37,251 bases of DNA, taken from positions 1-37,251 of the forward strand of contig JAPLOT010000287.1 in NCBI GenBank assembly GCA_026400595.1, read 5' to 3'. Each line of letters opens with the position of its first letter. Position 1 is the stretch's first letter. The stretch comes from Alphaproteobacteria bacterium (GTDB taxonomy: Bacteria > Pseudomonadota > Alphaproteobacteria > Rhizobiales > Aestuariivirgaceae). Made by a program: the position numbers and the translations under genes. The notes under the pieces are model-generated. The model ran no database searches. It worked only from the letters and a program-made list of their open reading frames with translations, and was not told the origin of the DNA. This document shows, one piece after another, positions 19,939-29,881 of this stretch.

Positions 19939-21891
19939 ATGGCTTTTCTTGGGTTTGGGGTTTCGCGGGTTCTGAAAGCGGTTGCCGCTTCGGGCGTAAT
20001 CATGGGATTGCTGGCCATGGCCGCCGTTCCGCCGGTGGCGCTCGCCGGCAGTGGTGAACCTGCCCACAAGCTCCTGAAAAAGTCTTCGAAACAGGCCTCA
20101 GCGCCGGTGAAGCAGAACTGGTCTTCGGGCGGCAACACCGCTGGCGGCAAGGCGACCACCGAGACGGCTGTGCTGAGCGGGCAGGCGACGACTCCCTTCA
20201 TCACCGCAGACAGTACCGACAAGATGCAGGCTGTGCTGTCGCGTTACGAGCAGATCGTGTCAGCCGGCGGCTGGCCATCGGTCCCCTCCGCGAAGTTCAA
20301 GAAAGGCGCCAAGAACAAGGGCGTCTTCGCACTCAATCAGAGGCTTTTCGTTGAAGGCTATCTCCGCAAGGAGGGAACCGAAGGCGAGTTTGCCGACACC
20401 TATACGTCTGCCACGGCCGACGCCGTGAGCCGGTTCCAACGCAACCATGGACTGGCGGTGACTGGCGTCGTCGACAAGCCCACCTTGCGCGAGCTGAATG
20501 TGAGTGCCTCGAGCCGTCTTGCCACACTCAGGGCCAATGTGCCGCGGCTGTCCGAATACTCCAAGGATCTGGGCGGCCGCTACGTGGTGGTGAACGTGCC
20601 GGCGATGCAGATCGAAACCGTAAGCGACGGGTCGGTCTATTCCCGCCACAATGCGGTGGTTGGCCGTCCGTCGCGTCCCACCCCCGTGGTCATGACGCCG
20701 CTGACGGTCATCAGGTTCAATCCCTACTGGAACGCGCCGCCCTCGATCGTGGAGAAGGACATCCTGCCCAGCATGATGTCCGGCAGTCCCGCGAAGGTGA
20801 TGGAAAAGATGAACATGAAGATCTTCAAGGGCGTGGGCGGCCCGGAGATCAATCCGAATTCGGTGAACTGGCGCCGCGCCGTGGTGGATGACTATCACTT
20901 CCGCCAGGAGCCGGGCGGAACCAATGCGATGGCGACTGCCAAGATCGAGTTCACCAGCCCGCACGGAATCTATCTTCACGATACGCCGGAGCCGCAGCTG
21001 TTCAGCCACGGCCAGCGCTTCTATTCGTCCGGATGCGTGCGCGTCGAAAAGGTAGCCATCCTGATCGACTGGATCCTGCAGGGTCAGGAAGGCATCGACA
21101 GCAGCCGCATCGCCGAACTGGCCGAGACCAAGGAACGTCTGGACGTGACGATTGCCAATGCGCCCCAGATCCGGGTCGCTTATCTGACCGCCTGGCCGAC
21201 CGCAGACGGCGTGGCCGCATTCCGGCCGGACATCTACGAGCTGGATGGAACCGGTTTTGTCATTGGACAGCCATTGCCGGTGGGCGAGACCATGGGCGGC
21301 AAGCGCTATGTGCTGAAGCCGATTCCCCGCTCGCCAAGCGCCGTTGATGAAGACGAGGCCTCAGGCTTCGCGTCCTTCTTCTTTCGCAATGGCAACCAGA
21401 GCAAGAACGCCGTCGGTGTCAGGTCCAGCGTCAAGTCCGACGACAGCCTGATCGGTACCAAGAAGTCGGCCACGGCGAAGGAAAAGGTCGATACGAAGAA
21501 GACCACTGCCGCCATTACAACCAAGAAGAAGAAGGTCCTCGCTTCAGAGGATGTTGCCGGGCCCAAGAAGACCAACTGGAATTCCGGCGACTCCAAGAAG
21601 ACTGCGGCCACCAAGAAGAAGAAAAAGGTGACCACCGCCAAGGCCCAGACCAAGCAGACCGACAAGAAGACCGTCGCTGCCGCGGCCAAGAAGGATACGA
21701 CGAAGAAGTCGACATCCACCGCAGCCGTAAAGAAGGATGCGACGAAGAGTTCGACAACCACCGCTGCTGCCAAGCCCAAGCCGCCGGAGAAGTGCAAGGC
21801 CGCAGCTGATGGCACCTTGCCAAAGGGGTGCGAGGTCGCGGCGAAGAAACCGGCCGCCAAGCCTGCCGCAGAAACGGCCGCTGCAAATTGA
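19939..21891 (+). CDS. L,D-transpeptidase (YcbB/LdtP-like) with peptidoglycan-binding domain and Lys/Thr/Ala-rich tail
   Basis: AVSRFQRNHGLAVTGVVD PG-binding motif, NPYWNAP, IYLHDTP...SSGCVRV catalytic His/Cys. Confidence 0.9.
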   Translation: MAFLGFGVSRVLKAVAASGVIMGLLAMAAVPPVALAGSGEPAHKLLKKSSKQASAPVKQNWSSGGNTAGGKATTETAVLSGQATTPFITADSTDKMQAVLSRYEQIVSAGGWPSVPSAKFKKGAKNKGVFALNQRLFVEGYLRKEGTEGEFADTYTSATADAVSRFQRNHGLAVTGVVDKPTLRELNVSASSRLATLRANVPRLSEYSKDLGGRYVVVNVPAMQIETVSDGSVYSRHNAVVGRPSRPTPVVMTPLTVIRFNPYWNAPPSIVEKDILPSMMSGSPAKVMEKMNMKIFKGVGGPEINPNSVNWRRAVVDDYHFRQEPGGTNAMATAKIEFTSPHGIYLHDTPEPQLFSHGQRFYSSGCVRVEKVAILIDWILQGQEGIDSSRIAELAETKERLDVTIANAPQIRVAYLTAWPTADGVAAFRPDIYELDGTGFVIGQPLPVGETMGGKRYVLKPIPRSPSAVDEDEASGFASFFFRNGNQSKNAVGVRSSVKSDDSLIGTKKSATAKEKVDTKKTTAAITTKKKKVLASEDVAGPKKTNWNSGDSKKTAATKKKKKVTTAKAQTKQTDKKTVAAAAKKDTTKKSTSTAAVKKDATKSSTTTAAAKPKPPEKCKAAADGTLPKGCEVAAKKPAAKPAAETAAAN

Positions 21892-21902
21892 CGCTGCGCG
21901 GA

Positions 21903-21918
21903 CTTGACCTCGGTCAAG
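21903..21918 (+). promoter_or_regulatory. FNR/FixK/FnrN-type box upstream of hemA
   Basis: Perfect CTTGAC-CTCG-GTCAAG, centred 41.5 nt upstream of ATG 21952. Confidence 0.75.
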
Positions 21919-21951
21919 CCCCGCAGTTTTTCCGTAATGCATCGTATCAAT

Positions 21952-23130
21952 ATGTCTCGCTTCGACTACGCACAGCACTTTGACGCGGCACTCGCCCAGC
22001 TCCGCAACGAGGGCCGCTACCGCGAATTCGCCAACATCTGCCGGGTCAAGGGCGAGTTCCCCAAGGCCATTTACCGCGGCAAGGGCGAAGAGAAGCCTGT
22101 CACCGTCTGGTGTTCCAACGACTATCTTGGGATGGGCCAGAACAAGGCGGTACTCGACGCAATGCACGCGGCGCTGGAGCACGTCGGGGCAGGATCCGGC
22201 GGCACACGTAACATTTCCGGGACCACCCACTTTCACGTCGAACTCGAACAGGAACTGGCCGGCCTCCACGGCAAGGAATCTGCACTCCTGTTCAATTCGG
22301 GCTACATGTCCAACGAGGCCACGCTTTCGACCCTGGCGCGACTGCTGCCCGACTGCGTGATCCTTTCGGACGCCCTGAATCATGCCTCGATGATCGAGGG
22401 AATCAAGCAGGGCCGTTGCGACAAGCATGTGTGGAAGCACAATGATCTTGCCGACCTCGAACGACTGCTCGCGTTGACCGATCCGGCGCGACCCAAGGTG
22501 ATCGCCTTCGAATCCGTCTATTCCATGGACGGAGACATCGCACCCATTGCCGCGATCTGCGATCTGGCGGAACGCTACAACGCACTGACATATCTCGACG
22601 AAGTCCATGCCGTGGGCATGTACGGCCAGCGGGGCGGCGGCATTTCCGAGCGCGATGGCGTGGCCAATCGAGTCGACATCATCGAGGGGACGCTTGCCAA
22701 GGCCTTCGGCCTGATGGGCGGGTACATCACGGCCTCGGCCTCTCTGGTCGATGCCATCCGCTCCTTCGCGCCGGGCTTCATCTTCACGACCTCGATCGCC
22801 CCCGTGATTGCGGAGCGGGCGCGCCATCAGGAGCGGGTTCGGAAAGTCCGCGCGGCACTGGATGCCCGCGGGATTCCGCATACGCCCAATCCAAGCCATA
22901 TCGTGCCGGTGATGGTCGGAGATGCCAAGAAATGCAAGTGGATCAGCGATATCCTGCTGGATCGACATGGCATCTACATTCAACCCATCAACTATCCGAC
23001 CGTGCCGCGCGGCACCGAGCGGCTGCGCATCACGCCGTCACCACTGCACAGCGATGCCGATATTGCCCATCTCGTTCAGGCGCTGAACGAGCTCTGGTCG
23101 CAGTGTGCGCTGGCCCGGGCCGTGGCCTGA
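21952..23130 (+). CDS. hemA: 5-aminolevulinate synthase (apparent in-frame deletion near 22812)
   Basis: [45 protein letters not shown]-Lys, QPINYPTVP. Confidence 0.93.
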   Translation: MSRFDYAQHFDAALAQLRNEGRYREFANICRVKGEFPKAIYRGKGEEKPVTVWCSNDYLGMGQNKAVLDAMHAALEHVGAGSGGTRNISGTTHFHVELEQELAGLHGKESALLFNSGYMSNEATLSTLARLLPDCVILSDALNHASMIEGIKQGRCDKHVWKHNDLADLERLLALTDPARPKVIAFESVYSMDGDIAPIAAICDLAERYNALTYLDEVHAVGMYGQRGGGISERDGVANRVDIIEGTLAKAFGLMGGYITASASLVDAIRSFAPGFIFTTSIAPVIAERARHQERVRKVRAALDARGIPHTPNPSHIVPVMVGDAKKCKWISDILLDRHGIYIQPINYPTVPRGTERLRITPSPLHSDADIAHLVQALNELWSQCALARAVA

Positions 23131-23261
23131 CGTCTCGCGACGCCGGAATTCCACCGAGTCCTGCCGCTATCCCGCGCGCCAGCCTTGAGCGCAAGATCTA
23201 GCTAGACGTCAAGCGCGTATTCTGCCAATTCCGCAGAAATCCAGATGCAAGGGGTTATCAG

Positions 23262-24635
23262 ATGGCGAAGAAGGCAGTGAAGAAGACGGCCGCCCGCAAG
23301 CCGGCCGTGAAGGCAAGGCCGAAGACCAAGACCGCCAGCACGAGGAAGGCCGGGCCAAAACTTCTCTTCCCGGGCTTTTTCAGCGACGCCCTTTCGAAGT
23401 CGGACGCGAAGGTGGCGAAAGCCATAGCCGCCGAACTTGGCCGCCAGCAGCATGAGATCGAACTGATCGCTTCCGAGAACATCGTCTCCAAGGCGGTGAT
23501 GGAGGCCCAAGGCTCGGTCATGACCAACAAGTATGCGGAAGGCTATCCGGGCCGCCGTTACTATGGTGGCTGCCAGCATGTCGATGTCACCGAGCAGCTT
23601 GCCATCGACCGCGCCAAGGCTCTGTTCAACTGCTCCTTCGCGAATGTTCAGCCGCATTCCGGGGCCCAGGCCAACCAAGCCGTTTTCTTCGCCCTTCTGC
23701 AACCAGGCGACACCTACATGGGACTCGACCTCGCCTGCGGCGGCCACCTGACTCATGGCTCGCCGGTCAATCAGTCCGGCAAGTGGTTCAAGGTGGCGCC
23801 CTACAAGGTGCGCGAAGACAACCACCTCATCGATTATGACAAGTTGGCTGCGCAAGCTCTTGATGTGAGGCCGAAACTGATCATTGCCGGCGGCTCGGCA
23901 TATCCCCGCACGCTCGACTTCAAGCGCTTCCGCGAGATTGCCGACTCGGTAGGCGCCTACCTGATGGTGGACATGGCCCATTTCGCTGGCCTGGTTGCCG
24001 GCGGTGTCCATCCCAATCCGCTGGAATACGCGGATGTCGTCACCACCACCACTCACAAGACCTTGCGCGGACCGCGCGGCGGAATGATTCTCAGCCGCAA
24101 TGACGATCTGGGCAAGAAGTTCAACTCCTCCGTCTTCCCGGGCCTGCAGGGCGGGCCGCTGGAGCATGTGATCGCAGCCAAGGCCGTGGCCTTCGGCGAG
24201 GCCCTGCGCCCCGCCTTTCGCAAGTATGCCAAGCAGGTGGCCGACAATGCCAGGGTTCTGGCCCAGAGCATGATCGATGGCGGCTGCGACCTCGTTTCGG
24301 GCGGGACCGACACCCATCTCATGCTGGTCGACCTGCGCAAGAAGGGCGTGACTGGCAAGGCAGCGGAAGCCTCCCTGGGCCGTGCCTACATCACTTGCAA
24401 CAAGAACGGCATTCCGTTCGATCCGGCGCCCTTCACCATCACCAGCGGCATTCGCCTGGGAACACCTGCCGGAACGACGCGCGGTTTCGGGCCGGTGGAA
24501 TTCAAGCAGGTGGGCGCCCTCATCACCGAAGTACTGGATGGTCTCGCCGCCAATGGCGAAGAGGGCAACGGCAAGGTCGAAGCCTCGGTGCGCAAGCGGG
24601 TCAAGGCACTGACCGACCGCTTCCCGATCTACTGA
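23262..24635 (+). CDS. glyA: Serine hydroxymethyltransferase
   Basis: [46 protein letters not shown]. Confidence 0.97.
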   Translation: MAKKAVKKTAARKPAVKARPKTKTASTRKAGPKLLFPGFFSDALSKSDAKVAKAIAAELGRQQHEIELIASENIVSKAVMEAQGSVMTNKYAEGYPGRRYYGGCQHVDVTEQLAIDRAKALFNCSFANVQPHSGAQANQAVFFALLQPGDTYMGLDLACGGHLTHGSPVNQSGKWFKVAPYKVREDNHLIDYDKLAAQALDVRPKLIIAGGSAYPRTLDFKRFREIADSVGAYLMVDMAHFAGLVAGGVHPNPLEYADVVTTTTHKTLRGPRGGMILSRNDDLGKKFNSSVFPGLQGGPLEHVIAAKAVAFGEALRPAFRKYAKQVADNARVLAQSMIDGGCDLVSGGTDTHLMLVDLRKKGVTGKAAEASLGRAYITCNKNGIPFDPAPFTITSGIRLGTPAGTTRGFGPVEFKQVGALITEVLDGLAANGEEGNGKVEASVRKRVKALTDRFPIY

Positions 24636-24650
24636 CACGCTGCATGCGGT

Positions 24651-24669
24651 GGCCGGGCTTGACCCGGCC
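24651..24669. repeat. REP-like hairpin
   Basis: GGCCGGG-CTTGA-CCCGGCC perfect 7-bp stem between glyA and nrdR. Confidence 0.5.
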
Positions 24670-24731
24670 CCCCAGACTTGGGACTGTGACCCGCCCGCCA
24701 GCCGCTGCGGGCAGGATTCGGGGATTTCCAG

Positions 24732-25211
24732 GTGCGTTGTCCGTTCTGCTCGAATGAAGAGACCCAGGTGAAGGACTCGCGTCCCACCGAAGACGGCACC
24801 GCCATCCGCCGCCGCCGCTATTGTCCGGACTGCTCCGGGCGCTTCACCACCTTCGAGCGCGTGCAACTGCGCGAACTGATGGTGCTCAAGAAGTCCGGAC
24901 GCCGGGTGCCGTTCGACCGCGACAAGCTCATGCGTTCGATTCAGGTGGCGCTGCGCAAGCGGCCGGTCGATCCGGAACGGGTGGAGCGGATGGTCTCCGG
25001 CATCGTCCGGCGGCTGGAAAGTCTCGGCGAGAGCGAGATCAAGTCCGAGACGGTCGGCAAGCTGGTCATGGAAGCGCTGAAAATGCTCGATGACGTGGCT
25101 TATGTCCGCTTCGCGTCGGTCTACAAGAATTTCCGCGAGGCCAAGGATTTCGAGGAGCTGCTGGGCGAACTCTCGGGCGACGAGGGCGACGGCGACGCCG
25201 GTGACCGCTGA
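24732..25211 (+). CDS. nrdR: Transcriptional repressor NrdR
   Basis: CPFC...DSR...IRRRR.C..C..RFTTFE zinc ribbon, ATP cone, AYVRFASVY. Confidence 0.96.
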   Translation: MRCPFCSNEETQVKDSRPTEDGTAIRRRRYCPDCSGRFTTFERVQLRELMVLKKSGRRVPFDRDKLMRSIQVALRKRPVDPERVERMVSGIVRRLESLGESEIKSETVGKLVMEALKMLDDVAYVRFASVYKNFREAKDFEELLGELSGDEGDGDAGDR

Positions 25212-26196
25212 CGCACGCTGGATGTCCTACGCGCTGCGGCTGGGCCGCAGAGCCCTGGGCACGACGGCGGAAAATCCCAATGTGGGCTGTGTGATCGTCA
25301 AGGATGGCAGAGTGCTGGGCATCGGCTGGACCCAGCCGGGCGGCAGGCCACATGCCGAGACCGAGGCATTGGCCATGTCCGGCGATGGCGCACGCGGCGC
25401 GACGGCCTATGTGACCCTCGAACCCTGCGCCCACCATGGCAGGACGCCGCCCTGCGCCGAGGCGCTTGCGCGGGCGGGCCTGGCCCGGGTGGTTACGGCG
25501 ATCAAGGACCCCGATCACCGGGTTTCCGGGGCCGGTCACCGGATCCTGCGCGAAGCGGGGATCGAGGTTGTCAGCGGAATTGCTGCGGACGACGCACGCC
25601 GGGACCTGGCGGGATTCCTCATGCGGATTGTCAGGAGGCGCCCGCAAGTGATTCTGAAGCTTGCCGTTTCTGCCGACGGCAAGATCGCAGCGGGTGTCGG
25701 CCGGAGAACCGCCATCACTGGCGAGGCAGTGAAAGCGCGAGTCCACCTGCTGCGGGCCCAATGCAATGCCATCCTCGTCGGAATGGGGACGGTGGTCGTC
25801 GATGATCCGGAACTGACCTGCCGCCTGCCCGGATTGGAGAACCGGTCGCCCAGGCCGTTTGTCTTGAGCAGGGGGCGCGATCTTCCGCCCGGCAGCAAGC
25901 TGGCTCACGCAGGTGCCACGGTCCTGCGCGGGAGCGTCACCGCTGCCCTGGGCGAACTGGGGCACCAAGGCATCAACCGGCTGCTGGTCGAGGGCGGCGC
26001 AATGACGGCGCGGAGCTTTTTGGACGCCGGTGTGGTGGACGAGGTTCAGATCTTCAGATCGCCCGATTGCATCGGTGCCGCCGGGGTGGATGCCCTAGCC
26101 GGCCTGGAACTGGATTCAGCATTGCAGCCCTTCGCGCTGCGCGAGGAAGAAAGGCTTGGGCCGGACCGGCTGACCGTCTATGAAGCCCGCAACTGA
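25201..26196 (+). CDS. ribD: Bifunctional pyrimidine deaminase/reductase
   Basis: [40 protein letters not shown]; GTG start 25201 overlapping the end of nrdR. Confidence 0.93.
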   Translation: MTADARWMSYALRLGRRALGTTAENPNVGCVIVKDGRVLGIGWTQPGGRPHAETEALAMSGDGARGATAYVTLEPCAHHGRTPPCAEALARAGLARVVTAIKDPDHRVSGAGHRILREAGIEVVSGIAADDARRDLAGFLMRIVRRRPQVILKLAVSADGKIAAGVGRRTAITGEAVKARVHLLRAQCNAILVGMGTVVVDDPELTCRLPGLENRSPRPFVLSRGRDLPPGSKLAHAGATVLRGSVTAALGELGHQGINRLLVEGGAMTARSFLDAGVVDEVQIFRSPDCIGAAGVDALAGLELDSALQPFALREEERLGPDRLTVYEARN

Positions 26197-26204
26197 GGGT
26201 CAGC

Positions 26205-26798
26205 ATGTTTACCGGCATCATCACGGACATCGGCACGGTCCGCGCCATCGCGAAGGCGGGCGACACACGCTACGAGATCACCACGGCCTATGACCTGGAC
26301 GGGGTCGACATGGGGGCCTCGATCGCCTGCAACGGCTGCTGCCTGACGGTGATCGCGAAAGGCCTGGACTGGTTCGCCGTCCAGGCATCCGGCGAGACCC
26401 TGTCGAAGACCACGTTGGGGAACTGGGAGAGGGGCACGCGCATCAATCTCGAACGCGCCTTGAAGCTGGGCGACGAGCTGGGTGGCCATATCGTCTCCGG
26501 GCATGTCGATGGGATTGGCCAGACTGTCGCCATCACGCCGGACGGCGAGTCCCGACGGTTCCGCATCCGCGTGCCGGCAGCCCTGGCAAGGTTCATTGCG
26601 CCCAAGGGCTCCGTCGCCGTCGACGGCACGTCGCTGACGGTGAATGAAGTCGATGGGGCGGACTTCGGCGTGAATATCATTCCGCATACACAGGCCGTGA
26701 CCACATGGGGTGACATGAAGGTCGGGCAGGCGGTCAACATTGAAATCGACATGCTGGCGCGCTATGTGGCGCGCCTTGCCGAGTTTGGAAAATCATGA
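26205..26798 (+). CDS. ribE: Riboflavin synthase (alpha chain; ribC in E. coli nomenclature)
   Basis: MFTGII N-terminus, [37 protein letters not shown]. Confidence 0.96.
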   Translation: MFTGIITDIGTVRAIAKAGDTRYEITTAYDLDGVDMGASIACNGCCLTVIAKGLDWFAVQASGETLSKTTLGNWERGTRINLERALKLGDELGGHIVSGHVDGIGQTVAITPDGESRRFRIRVPAALARFIAPKGSVAVDGTSLTVNEVDGADFGVNIIPHTQAVTTWGDMKVGQAVNIEIDMLARYVARLAEFGKS

Positions 26799-27295
26799 AG
26801 GTCGAAAAGAAATCGGGCGAAGCCCAGAAGATCAATGCGCGCCTGCTCATTCTCGAAGCGCGCTTCTATGCCGAGATGTGCGACGAGCTCGCAGCGGGTG
26901 CCATTGCGGCCATCGAACGCGCTGGAGCCAAGTGGGACCGCGTCGCCGTTCCGGGCGCGCTCGAACTGCCGGGCGCCATCGCCATGGCTCACCATTCCGG
27001 CAAATATGACGGCTATGTCGCGCTGGGCTGCGTGCTGCGGGGCGAGACGACGCACTACGATATCGTGGCCAACGAGAGCGCCCGCGGCATCATGAACCTG
27101 ACACTCGCGGGCCTGTGCATCGGCAACGGCATTCTTACCTGCGAGAACGAGGCGCAGGCCTGGGCGCGGGCGCGTGTGGCCGAGATGGACAAGGGCGGCG
27201 GTGCGGCCGAAGCGGCGCTGGCCATGATCCGGTTGGCGCGTAGTTTCGGCGGCAAGAAGCGGACAGCGGACAAGCGAAAGGCAAGGGCCAAGTGA
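26795..27295 (+). CDS. ribH: 6,7-dimethyl-8-ribityllumazine synthase
   Basis: [35 protein letters not shown]. Confidence 0.95.
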   Translation: MKVEKKSGEAQKINARLLILEARFYAEMCDELAAGAIAAIERAGAKWDRVAVPGALELPGAIAMAHHSGKYDGYVALGCVLRGETTHYDIVANESARGIMNLTLAGLCIGNGILTCENEAQAWARARVAEMDKGGGAAEAALAMIRLARSFGGKKRTADKRKARAK

Positions 27296-27765
27296 CCGAC
27301 AAGCGCCGGCAGAAACCGATCGCGCGGTCCGCCGCAAGGCTTGGAGCCGTTCAGGCCCTTTACCAGATGGACATCGGCGGGACAGATGTCGGCGAGACGC
27401 TGGCGCAATTCTCGTCCCGGGTTATCGGCGATGATTTCGACGATGGCCAGTGCGGCGAAGCCGACTACCGCCACCTCAAGGACGTGGTGGATGGCGTGGT
27501 GCGCGAGCAATCGACCATCGATCCGTCGGTCGACCGCATCCTCGACAAATCCTGGCCGCTTCACCGTCTCGACGCGACTGTGCGGGCGATCCTGCGCGCC
27601 GGCGCCTATGAGCTGATGTTCATGGACAAGGTGCCCGCCCGCGTTGCCATCAGCGAGTATGTCGACGTGGCGTCGGCCTTTTTCGGCAGTGACGAGCCGA
27701 ACTTCGTCAACGGCGTGCTGGATCGTCTGGCGCGCGACCGCAGGCCGGAGGAATTCGCAGCGTGA
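27292..27765 (+). CDS. nusB: Transcription antitermination factor NusB
   Basis: [32 protein letters not shown]. Confidence 0.95.
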   Translation: MTDKRRQKPIARSAARLGAVQALYQMDIGGTDVGETLAQFSSRVIGDDFDDGQCGEADYRHLKDVVDGVVREQSTIDPSVDRILDKSWPLHRLDATVRAILRAGAYELMFMDKVPARVAISEYVDVASAFFGSDEPNFVNGVLDRLARDRRPEEFAA

Positions 27766-28961
27766 CCGCTGCCGAAACCTTCGACGACCACAAGGCCCGC
27801 CGCAATGCGGTGATCCTTGCGATTGCCCAGGCGCTCTATGGCGCGACACTCACGGCGCTGGTGGTGACGTCCGGACTAGTAGGTACACAGCTAGCCCCCG
27901 ACCCGTCCTGGGCGACCATGCCCATGTCGATGACCATCATCGGAACGGCGCTCACCACCTTCCCCATCTCGCTGATGATGAAACGCATCGGGCGGCGTGC
28001 GGGGTTCATGATCTGCGCAATGCTGGGCGCGCTGGGTTCGCTGCTAGGAACCTATGCGATCTTCGAGAAGAGCTTTGGCCTGTTTCTGGTTGGCGCGCTG
28101 ATGCTGGGCATCTATCAGGCCTCTGCCTCATACTATCGCTTTGCAGCGGCCGATCTGGCCAGCCCGCAATTCCGGCCCAAGGCCATTTCCTGGGTGATGA
28201 CCGGCGGCGTGGCTGCCGCGCTGTTCGGCTCTCTGCTTGTCATGGCCACAGTCGACCTCCTCGCGCCGATCACATTTGCCGGGACATGGGTAGCGATGGC
28301 TGTCCTCGCGCTGATCGGCGCCGCGCTGCTGATGGCGGTGGACATTCCCTACAAGGCCGAAGCCAATGCCCCAACGGGACGGGCGCTGCCGGAGATCGCC
28401 CGGCAGCCGCGCTACATCGTGGCGGTTGCGACTGCGACACTTGCCTACGGCATCATGATGCTGGTGATGACGGCAACGCCTGTCGCCATGCTCGGCTGCG
28501 GCTTCACGGTGCAGGATTCAAGCTGGGTGATCCAGTGGCACGCCCTGTCCATGTTCGTGCCGAGTTTCTTTACCGGAAGCCTGATTGCGCGCTACGGCGC
28601 CGAGCGGATCTCGATCATCGGCATGGTGCTTCTGGTGGGAGCGGCGGTCGCCGGCCTGATGGGCATACATTTCGAGAACTTCGCCGTGGGGCTGATCCTG
28701 CTGGGCCTCGGGTGGAACTTCGGGTTCCTCGGCGGAACGACGATGCTGACATCGACCTACCGGCCCGCCGAGCGCAACAAGGCCCAGGGCCTCAATGACA
28801 TGATCGTCTTCGTGATCACCGCGCTTGCTTCGCTGAGTGCCGGCAAGCTGCTCGCCTGGAATGGTTGGGATGCCGTGAACTACGCCGTATTCCCGCTGGT
28901 GCTGCTGGCGCTGGCGCTGATTTCCTGGCTGGTCACGCACCAGCGCAGACTGGCGGCCTGA
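27762..28961 (+). CDS. MFS transporter (RfnT-like position after ribH-nusB)
   Basis: MKRIGRR motif A, YRFAAAD, WVIQWH..SMFVPSFFTG, GWNFGF; translationally coupled to nusB. Confidence 0.88.
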   Translation: MTAAETFDDHKARRNAVILAIAQALYGATLTALVVTSGLVGTQLAPDPSWATMPMSMTIIGTALTTFPISLMMKRIGRRAGFMICAMLGALGSLLGTYAIFEKSFGLFLVGALMLGIYQASASYYRFAAADLASPQFRPKAISWVMTGGVAAALFGSLLVMATVDLLAPITFAGTWVAMAVLALIGAALLMAVDIPYKAEANAPTGRALPEIARQPRYIVAVATATLAYGIMMLVMTATPVAMLGCGFTVQDSSWVIQWHALSMFVPSFFTGSLIARYGAERISIIGMVLLVGAAVAGLMGIHFENFAVGLILLGLGWNFGFLGGTTMLTSTYRPAERNKAQGLNDMIVFVITALASLSAGKLLAWNGWDAVNYAVFPLVLLALALISWLVTHQRRLAA

Positions 28962-28965
28962 GCGC

Positions 28966-29733
28966 ATGCGGCTCAACATCTTCCTGCAGCGTGCCGGGGT
29001 TGGCAGCCGCCGCGAGGCCGAACGCATGGTGGCGGAGGCGCGCGTCACCGTGAATGGCCGCATCGCGACACCCACCACACCGGTGGAAGAGGGCGATGCC
29101 GTAACCCTCGACGGCAAGCCGGTCGCCATTGAATCGCGGCCGCTGCCCCGGCTCTTCATGCTGCACAAACCGCTCGATGTGCTCGTGACCAATCGCGATC
29201 CCAAGGGCAGGCCGACGGTCTTCGACCTCGATGCGCTGAAGCCGCCGCGCTGGTCAGCAGCCATGCCGCGGGTGATGAGCGTGGGGCGTCTCGACGTCAA
29301 TTCCGAAGGGCTTCTCCTCCTGTCGTCGGACGGACCTCTGGCGCAGGCCATGATGAGCCCAAGAACGGCGCTCGCCCGTGTCTACCGCGTCCGCATCCAC
29401 GGCCGGCTGACGCCGCGCAACATCGAGGACCTGGCGCAGGGCATCACCGTCGACGGGGTGAGCTATCGGGGAGCGGAATTCGTCGAGGAATTCGACAAGG
29501 GCGGGCGCAGCAACACCTGGTACCGGGTGCTTCTGACCGAAGGAAAGAATCGCGAGATCCGCAAGCTGGTGGAACACTTTGGCGGCAAGGTGAACCGGCT
29601 GATCCGGGTCCAGTACGGACCCTTCCATCTGGGAGACCTGAAGGCGGGCGAGCTGCGCGAGGTTCCGCCCGAACAGGTCCGCCGCCTGCTGACGTTCCTC
29701 TCGGCAAAGGGCGTGGATCTAGGTCCCGGCTAG
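28966..29733 (+). CDS. RsuA/RluB-family pseudouridine synthase
   Basis: S4 domain (AGVGSRREAE...V.VNG), GRLD catalytic Asp, EGKNREIR, RLIRV.YGP. Confidence 0.92.
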   Translation: MRLNIFLQRAGVGSRREAERMVAEARVTVNGRIATPTTPVEEGDAVTLDGKPVAIESRPLPRLFMLHKPLDVLVTNRDPKGRPTVFDLDALKPPRWSAAMPRVMSVGRLDVNSEGLLLLSSDGPLAQAMMSPRTALARVYRVRIHGRLTPRNIEDLAQGITVDGVSYRGAEFVEEFDKGGRSNTWYRVLLTEGKNREIRKLVEHFGGKVNRLIRVQYGPFHLGDLKAGELREVPPEQVRRLLTFLSAKGVDLGPG

Positions 29734-29881
29734 GCCGATCGTCGCTTGAGCGGTCCCACTCAAAGCGATTGCCTAATTCCGCCGCATTTGGCATACCACG
29801 CCCACTTTCCGGGGCAGGGGCTGGCAGAACGTGATTCTGCCAGGGGCTTCGGGTCAACATCAACGGATACAAGGGTTTATC

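Noticed and set aside
21440-21890. AAGAAG-rich repeats as a CRISPR or tandem DNA repeat
   Set aside because: Irregular, in-frame Lys codons of the L,D-transpeptidase tail; no constant repeat-spacer period and no cas genes
24636-24731. FMN riboswitch ahead of the nrdR-rib operon
   Set aside because: Gap is only 96 bp and lacks RFN conserved motifs
23202-24866. 554-aa minus-strand ORF (and similar long ORFs 1592..2923, 2982..4289, 4763..6376, 21544..22983, 30845..32020)
   Set aside because: Antisense or alternate-frame shadows of well-supported genes; expected in high-GC DNA; no recognisable motifs
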